64,000 bases of DNA from Lama glama (taxonomy: Eukaryota): assembly GCA_028534125.1 (NCBI GenBank), contig CM052823.1, positions 66,836,001-66,900,000 of the forward strand, read 5' to 3'. The notes under the pieces are model-generated. The model was not told the origin of the DNA and did not search any database. It saw nothing but the letters and a program-made list of their open reading frames with translations. The position numbers were made by a program, and so were the translations under genes. Positions 49,376 to 62,130 of this stretch are shown in pieces. Numbering within the stretch: position 1 is the stretch's first letter; the number at the start of each line of letters is the position of its first letter.

Positions 49376-51978
49376 TGGGCTCCAAGCTCGTTCCAAGGGC
49401 ACCCGTGGAACTGAAGCCAATCTCAGGACATGAATGGACACCTGTTTACAAGGCTCCTAAAAGGTAAGGAGACAGTTGGGAAATTTGCCAGATGTCCTAT
49501 GACAGGAGCCTTGTCTTCCTAGAGCACACGAGACTCTCCCAGTGGAAGCGCTAACTCCACCTGCCCAGCTGAGAGATCTCAACTTCAAGCCCAGGAACAT
49601 GCCTTTAAATCTCACCCTGGTTCTAGTCCATTATAAATCTATTATTTTCTGAAACACTTCATATGTGAATCTCCATTCCAAGTACACAGGACTTTTTTCC
49701 TGGGCTCCGAGAGCTGTCTCACATGCTCAGCTGATAAGAGCTGGTGGGAGAGCAAGGTGTGTACATTCCTGGATGGGACACAGCATGGCAGATGCTCTCA
49801 GCCAGCCAGTTTTCTCCTGAGCTGAACATGTTCTGCAACATGTGACTTGATTTTTGCTCTTGATTTTGTGTGCTCCAGACAACTAGCCTACGTTCGTGGT
49901 AAAGAGACTGGGTCTGTGAGCTGGTCTAACCACAGTGAAAAGGAAGAGAGGATTTGCCCCTGCTTCCTCAAAGTCAGGAGGTTGACATGATGCCAGCAGT
50001 TCTGAGGTGGCACAAAAATGTGGTGGGGCCGGGAGCTCCTATTCTGGTGGGGGCGGGGCTACAATCCCCTTTATGTAATTGCTTGTCAGACAGTTGAACC
50101 AGGAACTTGTTTATAAACTCACTGAAGCTGGAGTGTGGGAAGTTGGTAGGAAATGTAAAGGTACCCTCGTGCTGGATGTGTTAAGGAGCTGCAGCATTTA
50201 CCAGGGACATTTCACTACAAGTAGATCTGGAACAAGAAGGACACTGTGACTTTACTGTTAGAAGCCACATCTACCTGTAATCGGCAGTCGGAGAGTGTGG
50301 AGGGTCAAATAAGCTGTGCCTTCCTGGTAAAGAGCAGCAGCAGAGTTCTCAGTCACACTTGGTTCTTAGAATTAAGTGTGCATGTGATGAGAGATGCTGA
50401 TTATTCTGGTCACTGTAATGGTGCTCTCGGGGAAGATCCAGGGGGAAAGCTCCCTCCCAGGCTTAGCTCAAGGCCAAGAAACCTGCGGGCACACACACCC
50501 TGTACAAGCTGTTAGTAATCCAGAGCTGGGGTGGGGGGGGGCTCTTTAGAGTAAGACTTCTTTTCCAAGCCACAGAGCTGTTGTCTGGGGCTAGTAATTG
50601 CTGACAAGTTTCCTCCCTGCTATCAGCTTGTTTTTGTATCACTCAGGGCAATCATCAGTGATTTAGCCCTGACGAGAGGTAAAGGAAAGATGAAAAAAGG
50701 AATATTCTGTTTTTGAGGGCATCACCCCCTAAAGGTGTCCCCTGCCAGCAAGTTTTAAGTGGTAGTGGCAGCAATGACCACCGCTGGCATTTTGGGTTTT
50801 GTGGTGTGAGTAGTAAAGAGCCTTTTAAATGGGAGGTACTGAGCAACACTTCCTCGTAGTTGTTCCTATCTCTGGAAGTCTGATTGGCCAGAACATGGTG
50901 CTGTGAGGTGGACTGTGTCTGCAGGATGCGAGCTGTCAGGGCCTGGTTCCCAGACGCAGACTCTAGAGCAGAGGAAGGCAGAACACCCAACCAACTTCCC
51001 TCCAACCTCAAATTTGGCCCTGAGCACAGAGCTCAGGATGCTGTTGGCCAAATACCACCCTGTTCTTGTCAGACCCGGCTGCTGACTTCTTTTCTGGTTT
51101 ATCCGTGACCATCACCTTTCATGCCATGGCTTTGGAGGCCCTGCACTCAGCTGGATGAACTGCTGCTCAGGGGTGCCCCAGGGTGCCTGCCAGCCCAGGG
51201 AGGCCCAGCACTGGGGGGACACGGTGGCAGCACCACGGTCCAGGCTGATCGGGAGGCTGCTCCACCTGGAGCTCTGCTGGGAGCTGCGGCCTCTCGGCTG
51301 CGAACCACTATGCTGACTCACCATGACTGTGGTTGAGAAAAAACGCAGCAGGACGGTGGCTCCCATGAGCTCAGGAGCTGTAAAATATAGGCCAGGAGCC
51401 TCAGCCGGAAGGGGCTTCAGTTAGTGAGAAACCAACCTTCTTCTGCCCTCTCCCTGTCTCTTTTATGATATGGAGTTACAAGGACCCTGGGCATTCCCCT
51501 TTCTGTCCCCCAGGGGACCGTGAAACCAGGTCAGGAGGCTATAGGCCAAGAGCAGCATCTGTGTTCAGGCCCCTCCAGGAGCCGCAAGTCCCACCTGCTG
51601 CTGTGGCCGAACTAGAGGTCCCCCTTCTCAGTCCCTTGGTGAGCTTTGCTCTTTAGCATCCCTGAGAATTGGAATGCCCCTCTCCAGAGACCTCCAGCAA
51701 ACTCCAGACCTGGCTGCAGCCTTTACCACTCAGGGGTGAGAGGTGGGGAGTCAAAGGGCTGAGTGGGGTGGGGGGGTACAGTTTATATTGTATTTTATAA
51801 ATGGTGTTACCGAAGTATTGCAAAGGAGCCGTGAGACATGTCCCAGCGTGCTGCACCTCTCCCCGAACCAGCTTCCCTCCCCAGCCTAATGCCCCTGATA
51901 CTGACATCTTAAATCAGCAACTGGCCCTGCGCCTGGCCCATGAAGACACTACATCAATTCCTGCTGAATACATAATGG

Positions 51979-52577
51979 TGTGGGAAACAGAAAAATGGCT
52001 CCCCCAACATGTTCACGTCCTAATCCCCAGAACCTGCAAATATATTACCTTACGCGGCTAAAGGGGGTTTGCAGGTGTAATTAGTGTTTGGGACCTCGAG
52101 ATGGAGAGATTAGCCTGCATTATTCAGTGGGCCCATCCTAATCACAGGAGTCCCAAAAGCAGACAGCCTTCCCTGGGTGTGCTCACAGAGAGAAATGTGA
52201 CCATGGAAGAAGGGGCAAAGAGATGGCAGCATGAGAAGGATTCGATGCCTCATTGGTTCTGAGATGTAAGGGGCTGCATGAGTAACCAAGAGCTCTCTAG
52301 GAATGAAGGATGACCCCAGCTGACAACTAGCAAGGAAACAGGGACCTTAGTCCCACAACACCGTGGAACTGCCAACACCCCAACACTCGAATGAGCGAAG
52401 AACCAGACTCTCCCTTAGAGCCTCCACAAAGGCTCTGCTTTTGGCCCTGCTGCTGCCTTGATTCTAGCCCAGTGAGCTTCATGGGACTTCCAGCCCACAG
52501 AACTAAGACAAAAAATACTTGTTTTAAGCTGCTGAAGTTACGGTAATTTGTCATGGCAGCAATAGGAAACTAATACA
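51979..52577 (+). mobile_element. MLT1D/E-like solo LTR
   Basis: tgtggga...cacgtcctaatccccagaacctg...taatttgtcatggcagcaataggaaactaataca. Confidence 0.85.
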
Positions 52578-54389
52578 TTTTATAACTGAACACAATTTTC
52601 TTGCCCTAGGTACCCCCAATTTCCTTGGTTGCTGCCAGTGGTGGAGAAGCTCCTTCTCATGGCCAGCTATGTTCGGTGGTCGGGAGGGCATCCTTCCATC
52701 TGGTCCTATATATTTCTTGGCACATCTGGTTTACTTCTGTGCTGGTAGGTATTGTTGCTGGCCTCCCTACCTGCCTGGCCTCCAGGACAGATGCTGCTAG
52801 AGGTTGGCCTTTGCAGGAAGCACAGAGGAATTTCTATTTGTTCCTGTCATGTCTGCTGCTTCAGAGAGGCAGCCCCTGGCCCTCACGCACACATCCCCCA
52901 TGCTCCTCTTCTCTCCTCCAAGTGTCCTCTGGGGCTGGCAAATTATCTCAGGATCCAGCTAATGCCTCCAGACCACGCTGGGTCCAAGCAAACTGGTGGC
53001 CCTCCTCCATCACAACACTGGAGTCCAGGAAGGAGTGAACGTGGCCTCCAGCCCCTCCCACCCGACGACCTTTGTCCCCGCCCCATTTCCTCCCTCCTCA
53101 CAACCCAGCGCAGACAAGTCTGGGAGACTCCAGCTGGGGGAGAGCTTACAATTTCTCTTCTCCTCTGCTCCTTTATGGGGAGTCCTGCTTAGGTCCTTGC
53201 TTCTCTCCACCCAACTAGGGCCAGGGCCAGAGGGTTGCTGCTGTTGGTGGTAGGGATGAGGATGACAGGGGAGAGGCTAAATTCCCCTTCCTATTAGCCC
53301 TTCTCTTAAACTTCTCCCTCCCTCCCTGCGGTAGCCCGTTACAGCTTACCCTTCAGCAGGGGGCAAAGCAGAGAAGCTCTTTCCTGTTCACATAAATTGT
53401 CGTCTTCAGTTAACTCACCCCTGAGCAGTGTCCTCTAAATCTAGCAGTTTGGCCTAGCCTCGATTGTCTTTCTTCTTAGCAGTTTTTGTGGGGTTGAGAG
53501 CAGAGAAAGAATGGGTCATTTCATCCCTCAGGTTCTTTGTGTGTAAAAATCAAAACCCTACTGCGAGCTTATGAGCGGACGTGGTGTCTTAACAACCAGG
53601 ACGTCAGCAGGACAGCCACCCAGGGCTTCTGAATCCTCAGCCCCATCCAAGGTCTCAAGGCCTTCCTTCCTCTGAGCCTCAGTTTCCCTGTTCTAGGCCT
53701 GAAGGAACGTGTGGTGTAAAACAAGTCCCTCCTGATAGAAGATGCTGATTCGTTCAGCTGCTGTCTCTGCAGGGCTCACTGTTCTGCCAGTTTCCTCAGG
53801 GCCCGTGGGGACGGGCCCATGAACTGCTTGGACCTGCTGTTCTGCTAGCCTCGTCAGCTTTCTGCAGAGACAAGCCCTGGCCCTGGTTTACACTTTGGGC
53901 CTGTAAAGACCTTTACTGAACTTAGAGTCAGAACAAGAAAGACTAAACAGAGCCCTTCAGGGCTGGTTACCCAGAAGAGGGGAACCAGGCAGTCTTGGGT
54001 GACAGACAACCGAGGGCAATTACTCCAGGTCAGTCACTGCCCCCGGCTCAGCTCCCCTCCATCAGGACCTCTAAGAGGTTCCTCTTCGGGTGGGGAGAAC
54101 ATCACTTTTTGGGGAGAGCAACGTGGGCAAAATAGTGAGGCCCGTCTCCAGGCCATTGTCTTTTCTGGAGTCCAGAGAAAATGGCTGCAGCTCCCAACTT
54201 GGAAGGCCTTGGCGAGGAAGGACCTTGCGCCTCTGGTGACCTCTTGCTTACTGGTGCTGACTGTGCCCCAGACACGCTGCTGGGCTCTCTGTGAGCAGTC
54301 TCCCTTCATCCCACAGCAATCTGAGGAAGATGCTCTCACTGTTTCCAGGAGAGGAAGATGGGATCTCTTGGGAATCAGCCTGGGGTTAT

Positions 54390-54580
54390 GGTAACAGAGT
54401 GCTGGGTTTCAATCCCCCAATTTCTTACTTTGTGGCTTTGAAGGAGCTCTATACTTGCTCTGAACCTCAGCTTTCTTATCTGTAAAATGGGAATAAGGCT
54501 ACCTAATTCATAAAGTGTGAGGATCCAATGAAATACAATCCACAGAGTTACTTGCACAGAATAGGTGATTAACACAGGTG
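54390..54580 (+). mobile_element. MIR SINE
   Basis: ctctgaacctcagctttcttatctgtaaaatgggaataa. Confidence 0.7.
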
Positions 54581-55113
54581 CTCTGCCTCCATCCCTCAAA
54601 ATGCAGAGCAAAACTTGGTAAGGGCCTCCCATAATTTCAGGGCTGACAACAGCTTCAACCAGAAATAGTTGGGTACAGTCCATCTGATGTTGTTTAAAGG
54701 CTCCAAACAGGTGAATTTAAGAACATTTAAGGGGCTCAGTCCTATCAGAATGCCCTCACCCTATCTCCTCTTCCTAACCCCAAGGGGCCAGGCCCCAGCT
54801 GAGGACTCCTTTGCCTTTCAACACTGTCTGACCTGTCTCTGGTCTTGTGCATCCTTCTCACTAATTTTGTGGGTGTGGTCAATTTAGGTTTTTGCTAACC
54901 TTGTGGTGAAATAATGTCTAATGGCATTCCTTTCTATTTTCCATGTGCTGTATTCCCTGTTACTCCATTTTCTTCAGGGATGATTTTTGGCCTTCATTTT
55001 TTTTCATCAACAGGTCTGGTTAAGTAAGCTTCATATACTAGTTCATCCTGCATTCCCAGACTTCTTTAATGACAGCCCAAGACAGTATCAAGCTGGTCAT
55101 ACTGAGAGTGAAA

Positions 55114-55143
55114 CTGCCACCTAGTGGTCATTTGGAGCTGTGA
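55114..55143 (-). promoter_or_regulatory. CTCF binding motif with upstream module
   Basis: ctgccacctagtggtca is the reverse of TGACCACTAGGTGGCAG; the - strand upstream acagctcc resembles the gcagttcc module. Confidence 0.65.
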
Positions 55144-56149
55144 CTGCCTTACCATGAGCTCTCCTACTATTGGTATTTGAAAAAAATTCAGTCCATGGTT
55201 TTCTTTTAAACCAGCCTAGAAGCTGTGGAATGAATCATACCAAGCCATGTATCTGCTTAGAAACCTTACTGGAAAGAGGTTAAGTGTATATAAATATTTT
55301 CAAGTCAAAATGAATCGTGAAATAAGAATCAGGTTGATGTGTACCCAAGTACTAAACTAGGACACTACCTTTTTTTATTTGACTATAATTTCAATCCAAA
55401 TGAAGTCCTACAAAGACAAAACAAGCAAACCAACCAACAAATCACCTCAACCAAAAACGCAGCAACAAAAAAATGGAAGGGCTGTTTTCATTTATCCAAC
55501 ACATGCTCTGGTCAGCACCCAGAAGTTTAGTGGGCACTGGAACAGCTCAGCACAGTACATGTTGGTGATTTAAAACCAGGGAAAGGAGACTGCAGTAGGA
55601 GACCACGAGGAAGATCTGCAGAGCAGAGAAATCTGAGTTGAGTTGTCAAGGAAGACTAGGCTTTGTCAGGTCGGAGGGATAGAGGGCAGGAAGAGATGCC
55701 ACCTCCCTGAAGGAAGGGCACAGGTGAGGCCCAGAAGAGTGGGACAGAAGGGCCAGTTCAGGTGTTGGGGCAATGAGTAGTGTGGCTGAAAATATAATTC
55801 AGTCTAAAGCCTTGTACCTACAATGAATTTGTTGATTACCCATTTTATGCACTTCTTGGCTACCTATTTTATTTGAAGTAGATATACAGAGGTATGAGAC
55901 ACTGAGAGAAATTTAACAAGACAAGGAAACATGTAAAGATGTCAGTTCTTCCCAGTTTATAGATTTAGAGCAAACCCAATAAAAATTCTATCAGGTTTTT
56001 TTCTTTTGTGCAAATGGACAAGCTACTTCTAAAATTCACTGAAAAACAGAAAGGGCCAAGGATAGCCACCCATCCTGAAAAAGAACAAACTGCAAAACTT
56101 ACATTACAAGATATCAAGACTTTTAATAAAGATAAAGGAATAAATCATT

Positions 56150-56818
56150 CCCCTAAAAAACTAAAAACAGTTACCGTATGTTCCAGCAGTCCCACTCCTG
56201 AGCATATATCCAGAGGAAACTCTAATTGGAAAAGATACATTCATCCCAGTGTTCATGGCAGCATGATTTACAATAGCCAAGACACTGAAGCAACCTAAAC
56301 GTCCGTTGATAGATGACTGAATAAAAAAGTTGTGGCGCGCACACATGCGTGNNNNNNNNNNNNNNNNNNNNNNNNNNNNNNNNNNNNNNNNNNNNNNNNN
56401 NNNNNNNNNNNNNNNNNNNNNNNNNNNNNNNNNNNNNNNNNNNNNNNNNNNNNNNNNNNNNNNNNNNNNNNNNNNNNNNNNNNNNNNNNNNNNNNNNNNN
56501 NNNNNNNNNNNNNNNNNNNNNCTTATTTACAAAACAGAAACAGACTCACAGAAAACAAACTTCTAGTTACCAAAGGGGAAAGGGTTAGGGAGGGATAAAT
56601 TAGTACTTTGGGATTAGCAGATACAGACTACTGTATAGAAAATAGATTAACAACACGGTCCCACTGTATTGCACAGGGAACTATATTCAATATTTTGTAG
56701 TAACCTACAATGAGGAAGAATATGAAAAAGAATATATATATGTAAGACTGAATCACTATGCTGTATACCAGAAACTAACATAATATTGTAAATTAACCAT
56801 TCTTCAATTAAAAAAAAA
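56150..56818 (+). mobile_element. Young L1 3' end (one N gap)
   Basis: L1 3' UTR, poly-A, TSD gaataaatcatt/gaatgaatcatt. Confidence 0.9.
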
Positions 56819-57193
56819 GAATGAATCATTAGAAAACTAGCAGTATTACTGAAAATGAACATACACAAGCCCTCTAATCCACCAATTCCACTCCCAGGTA
56901 TATGCTCAAACAAAAATGCATAGATATACAACAGAAATTTATGCTAGATCATGTAACAGAAATTTGTATTAGATCACCCAAAGCAGCATTATTCATAATA
57001 GTTTTTGACTGTGACTATTCAAATGTCCAGCAACATTGTGATGTCTTTGCAATAAGAAGTTTCATACAGCAACGAGAAAGAACGACTTACAAGTACACAC
57101 AACCCTATGGATGCATTTCACAAACATAAGGTCAAGGGAAAGAAGTCACCATACATACTGTGTAATTCTCATCCATAAATGGCCAAAACTAAT

Positions 57194-57782
57194 TGTGCTA
57201 ATTGATTACATTACTAGCTCTGATTGTTCATCTGTCCTGACATCCACACCCTTCACCAGGTGACTGTAGCTCCTCTCAGTAAGGATGTGGAGCACATTTC
57301 CCAAACAGGTCCAAGACTAGGGTGAGACAAGTAAGGCATTTAACTACCCTGGGCACAAAATTTAAGGGGTCACCGAAAACCTCAGTAGTCAAGAAGAAGA
57401 TTTCAATGCCATGTTTTAAAAAAAATTAATGCAAAAAACAAAAAACACTTCATGCTGAACAAAATATCAAAATTTTCAGTAAAGACAGGAGCTGATCCTG
57501 CACTTACGCAACTCACTTTACTAGCCTCCCATTAATCCTGGCTCTGTTAGACCCTGTCTTGTAAAAATAGGAGGCTTGCATATTTCTGTCTGTTATCTGC
57601 CATCACCACGGCTGTGCCCTGGCTAGCCTGCTGGGGAGAGCATCCCCCACCTCTAGACATGGGAGAGAGCCGAGCCAAGGTGACCTGAGTTTCTTATACA
57701 ACTACACCAGGTGAATGAACCAGTCTTGATTTCAGTGCTACTGAAGTTTTGTGGTTGTCTGCAGCAATAGCCAACTGATACA
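57194..57782 (+). mobile_element. MLT1G/H-like LTR interrupted by MER96B
   Basis: TG...cagcaatagccaactgataca; TSD ctaat/ctaaa. Confidence 0.7.
57306..57546. mobile_element. MER96B-like hAT-Tip100 MITE
   Basis: TIRs caggtccaagactagggtgag ... ctcccattaatcctggctctg; gggcacaaaatttaaggggg. Confidence 0.8.
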
Positions 57783-58889
57783 CTAAACCATGGCGTTCAA
57801 AGTCAGGATAGAGACTACTCTTGGGAAGTGGCAATGACTTGAAGAGGGTGTGAAGTGGGCTTCTGAGGTCCTGGTAAGTTCGGTATCTTGATCTGGGTCC
57901 TCATTACACAGTTGTGTTCAGCCTGTGAAAGTTCCTTGAGTTGTATGTTTATAATCTGTGCGTTTTCCTGTATTTTTATTATATTTGAATATAAAACTTC
58001 AAAAATATAGGAGACATGGCCCTTACCGATTTTTCAAGTACAACTTTGTTGGGATAAGACATACAAAAGAAAAGTGCTAAGCACTGGAGACTGAAATAAA
58101 AATCCAGAATAGATCAAACTGAACCAGTATTCAGAAAATCTGTGTAATTATTTATTTTGAACTCTACCCACTATTGTATATAAGAAAACACTTAGCATTA
58201 TTTGGATCATAATTTTTAAACTCCAGTAGGCTTGGACAAAATCAAAACATAACAATATTCTCTGTACCAGCAGTTCATCTGCCTTGAGTTTTTGCTAAAT
58301 CCATCTTTAGAGTTAGCTTTAAATTGGCCTTGTTTCAGTGAAATGAGTAATTTTTATGATCACTGTTTTTTCAATTATATGTTTACTGCTAACATGTGTA
58401 AGATCAGAAAGCATGACTTTTCTATGCAAATGAATTATATACAATTATTGCTCAGCGCTGATTGTTTGAGGAGCAATTAATTATCCATCTATCGACTCAC
58501 CATCTATCTTTGTTAATTCTTGATGGGAACAAGTTCAGCAACTAGCTAGAAATATGATTTCTATGGTTTCCCTGCTGTGGAAATTTCCTTCTCTTTTTAG
58601 CTGGTTAGGATTGACTCTTAAGTGGTTGGGAAGATCTTGTCATCACTTTGATGTCAAAGAGAAGTAAGACTGAGACACAAGGGGAAAAATATGTATCTAA
58701 ATAATAGCACTTGTAATTCTTCCTCCATCTCCCAAGGGATAACTTCTATTTGCTTTTCAAAGAGACATACATACATTATGCTGTGATCTTTCTGGAGAAA
58801 ATAAATTTCTGTTTAGTATCAAATTTTCTACCTTATCCAGGAGCTTCCCTGGCCCTGACAGTGCTGGGCCTCACTTTCTGCTGCAGACA

Positions 58890-59100
58890 AGGGCCAGACA
58901 CACTACCAAGAACTTTACTAAATGAACTCATTTAATCTTTGAAACGTCCCTGTGGGGACATACTAGCATATCTCCTTTTTAAAAATGACAACACTAAAGC
59001 ACAGATATGTTGACTCACTTGTCCAAATTCACACAGCAAGAAACCAGCAGCACTCACACTGAACTCAGCTGTTGGGCTCTGCAACGTGTGCTCTTAATTA
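58890..59100 (-). mobile_element. MIR SINE
   Basis: aactcatttaatctt...tcacttgtccaaattcacacagc. Confidence 0.65.
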
Positions 59101-60299
59101 CCAAAACTTGCTTTCAAATTGTACTGTAAGCTCACAATTTCAAAGGAGCTGTGATAAATCCTCTTTTAAAGTGAATACTTATTTTAGAAACAGATCTCCC
59201 TAATTTATAGCTGGTGTAAATCTGAATTTTTATATATGCCAGGCTTGCTTACTGTGGGAAGGGGCATACCTGTAGTATAAATTTGTAAGAAATGAGGTCA
59301 TTTTGTAACTAATGACTTAAAATTATCTTTTAAAAGTAATTTAAATGTATACCTTGTTGTATACTACCCCATTTTGACCAAATCACACCATAACTCTGTG
59401 TGGTGTTTTTTACCTACTTATAGTTTCATAAATACATGTCTCATTAGTTACAGCTAAAGGCCCTTTAGGATAGGAATCAGCTCATCATCTCCGTAAAGCT
59501 GTGGTGCCCAGAGCACATGGTGAGACAGTAGGTGCCCAGAGCATATGCTTACAGATTGACAAATGGGACTAAAGTCAATGTCTTAACAGCTTAGCAGAGA
59601 TTCTGGAGAGAAACAGAATAAAATGAAACTGGTGTTCTGTGAAACTGACTACTGTGACATACGTTAAACTGACATGGAATTTTTTCACGGAGAGGAAAAC
59701 GACAATAGTATTTCAGGTTACAAAGACTCCGTTCTGCCCCTTCTGTGTTTCCTATTTGCAGACAACTTCTTTTTCTGCCCTCCCTGAACTGTGTGAGCAA
59801 CAGCAGAATCACAGAAAGTTTGAGTAGATCGTTCAACAGACCACGCGACGCTTCTGGGACTATCAAAACACTTTTGCTTTAAGGAAGGCATGATTTTCAC
59901 TCTCTATTAAATTATGTTCCACTCTCCTCCCTGGGAACCTCCCAGACCCCCGCCATCGACACACAGCCCTTTCTTTTTCACTGTCAGAAGGGCGAGCTGT
60001 GAGATTTCAGGGAGGTGGTGGGAATCTGGAGGTTTCCCCAAGTCCCATCACTCCTGCTCCGCTTCGTGCCCAGGTAAGCAGATTGGGTTATTTCTTCTTT
60101 CAAAAACAGTCTACCCCAAAGAAAACCTGTTAACTGCAAGCAAATTTTTGTAAGAAAGCAGGCTTACCTTTGATGACTGGAGCTGAAGCCACAACTCTTG
60201 AAAGCAGTGCAGGACTGACAATGCGCAGGATCTTACTGAGTCTCAATGAGAGCCAGCTGTAACCCTCCTGCAGGGGCAAGGGGTGGGGGGAGGCAATTG

Positions 60300-60475
60300 T
60301 TAGCTCCTGGGCTGGTTGCTTTTAGAATCACCTGGGTAGCATTTTGAACCTGCAGTTTCTTGACTTCTAGTCCTACTTCTAGTCTGTGGCAGCAGCTCTG
60401 GGAGTAAAGCTAAGAAATTTGTGTTTAAATAGCTCTCTGAGGTTTTCTGTACCAGCCAGGTTTGGAAGTGACTGT
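60300..60475. mobile_element. MER5B-like MITE
   Basis: ttagaatcacctgggtagc...cagccaggtttggaagtgactg. Confidence 0.65.
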
Positions 60476-61155
60476 TGCAGGGACTGTGTGATTGGCATGA
60501 AAATTCCTAGTGATTTGTGATACTGGATTAACTCTCCCATGATTTCAGTTTCAGGGGTCCTTACACAAATGACCTACAGCTGATCTAGGGAGAAAAAGAA
60601 TGGTTTGTTGGGCAAGGTGGACAGCAATCACCTTGTGTGACTTGGCTGCATTTTTTTTCCACATGGGAGACTATTCCCTGTAAGTTTTATACACCATCAT
60701 GAAGTGAGGTTGCATGTACAACATGTAATATTAAGTGATACTAGAACAAGAAATCAACCACATTGTTGCCATCTTTCTGCATCTCACTTTTTACTTTTCC
60801 TCATTCCTTTCTTTTTCTATGCTTATAATCATAATTGATACTCTACTTTTATCCTCCTAGTAGTTTTCTCCCAGAAGTTTTCTCACTGAGGCTTTTTTCA
60901 TTTTTCCTTTTAACACTTGTATGTTCTTGGGAGCTTTCAGTGTAACTGGGTGTACACCACATTGGTGGATTTTAATACATGGCACTGTGCAGTGTCCTGG
61001 GGATTTCTATGAAGGCCATGCTCACACTTCCATATTTTAGGGATAGTTCAGTGATACCATTGTTGGCTTGATGTACTTTAATGGCCTGAAAGTCACTCTT
61101 AGAAGTGTTCAGCTGTTCTCTGGTGCTTCTCACACTTAGTGCAACATACCACACA

Positions 61156-61174
61156 GGACCAGGAGATGGCGCTG
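61156..61174 (+). promoter_or_regulatory. CTCF binding motif
   Basis: ggaccaggagatggcgctg differs by one base from the CCASYAGRKGGCRS core. Confidence 0.55.
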
Positions 61175-61937
61175 TGGGTCAACTTTTCCCCCACAACTGA
61201 GAATCCAGGCGAATTACCACAAGATGAAGATTCCATTCCTTCCCTACTGAGGCTAAAGAACTGCTCAAATCTGCAAGCTAACTGAAATCTTTAAAATTAA
61301 AAAAATTGACTTTTAGCTAGGCATGAAAGATGATAATGGACTGACTTGGAACCCTGCTCTAAAGACACCAGATAGGAACTTCACATTGAACTTGAACTAA
61401 CAGGAGGTAGTGAGTTGAGTGTTTATTGATAACTTCTGGCTATTAAGAAAGAGGTCAGAGAAAACTTCTGAGGAAGCCCAGAGGCCAGCCTGGGGCTTCC
61501 TGCTGCCTTAAGAGTAGCACAGAGAAATGATTGCAATATAAATGGGGCTTTTAAAAAATACACATATTTTATGCTGTCCTTGGTTTAACCATTAAAATAT
61601 TAGGCAAGAGTTGTTATCTACAAAATTAGCGTAGGGAAAACACCTGATGCCAAGGATCACGGGATTTTGCCCAAGCCCTTTGTAACCACTAATGCAGTTG
61701 GCTCACTTTTCTAGGCATTCTGAGAAAATGCTAATAGATTGTTTGGTTTTCCTCTTGTGTATTTATAACTTCTTCTGGTATTTGTAGTTAGAATGAAGCC
61801 TGCTGGAATGGATTTCTCTTTCCTATCTGCATGTAAACAACATTACATGACCCTGTAAATTTCCCACAGGCTGTTTTAGACACAGGGTGTTGTCATCTCA
61901 GAGGTGGGGGTCCCTGCTTCATCCCTAAGAGTGTCTA

Positions 61938-62130
61938 AGCCAATTGGCTCAGTTGGTTTTAGTGTGGCTGTCAGACATCCCAGGTCACAGTAACCATCTG
62001 CGGCAAGATCAGCCAAGTTAGGAGACAGCCTGTGTATTCCAGGCACCAAGAGGAATGTGCTCTAACCCAGGCCAAATGTGAGTTACTGGTAACATGGAGA
62101 AATATAAAGAGCACGGCTCACTGTCCCTTG
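61938..62130 (+). mobile_element. Ancient tRNA-derived SINE (MamSINE1-like)
   Basis: tggctcagttggttttagtgtgg...ccaggtcac A-box head with a decayed body. Confidence 0.4.

Larger units (their letters stand above)
55900..58010 (+). mobile_element. Old L1ME (ORF2 end plus 3' UTR) hosting nested insertions
   Basis: MDKLLLKFTEKQKGPRIA...LTLQDIKT frame; aattccactcccaggtata; ggtatcttgatctgggt. Confidence 0.7.

Noticed and set aside
48828-49385. 163-aa and neighbouring ORFs
   Set aside because: They lie within an L2 remnant and are chance frames
59503-59547. 17-bp direct repeat ggtgcccagagca(c/t)atg resembling a CRISPR repeat-spacer unit
   Set aside because: Only two copies, inside an L2 tail, in a mammalian genome; a local duplication
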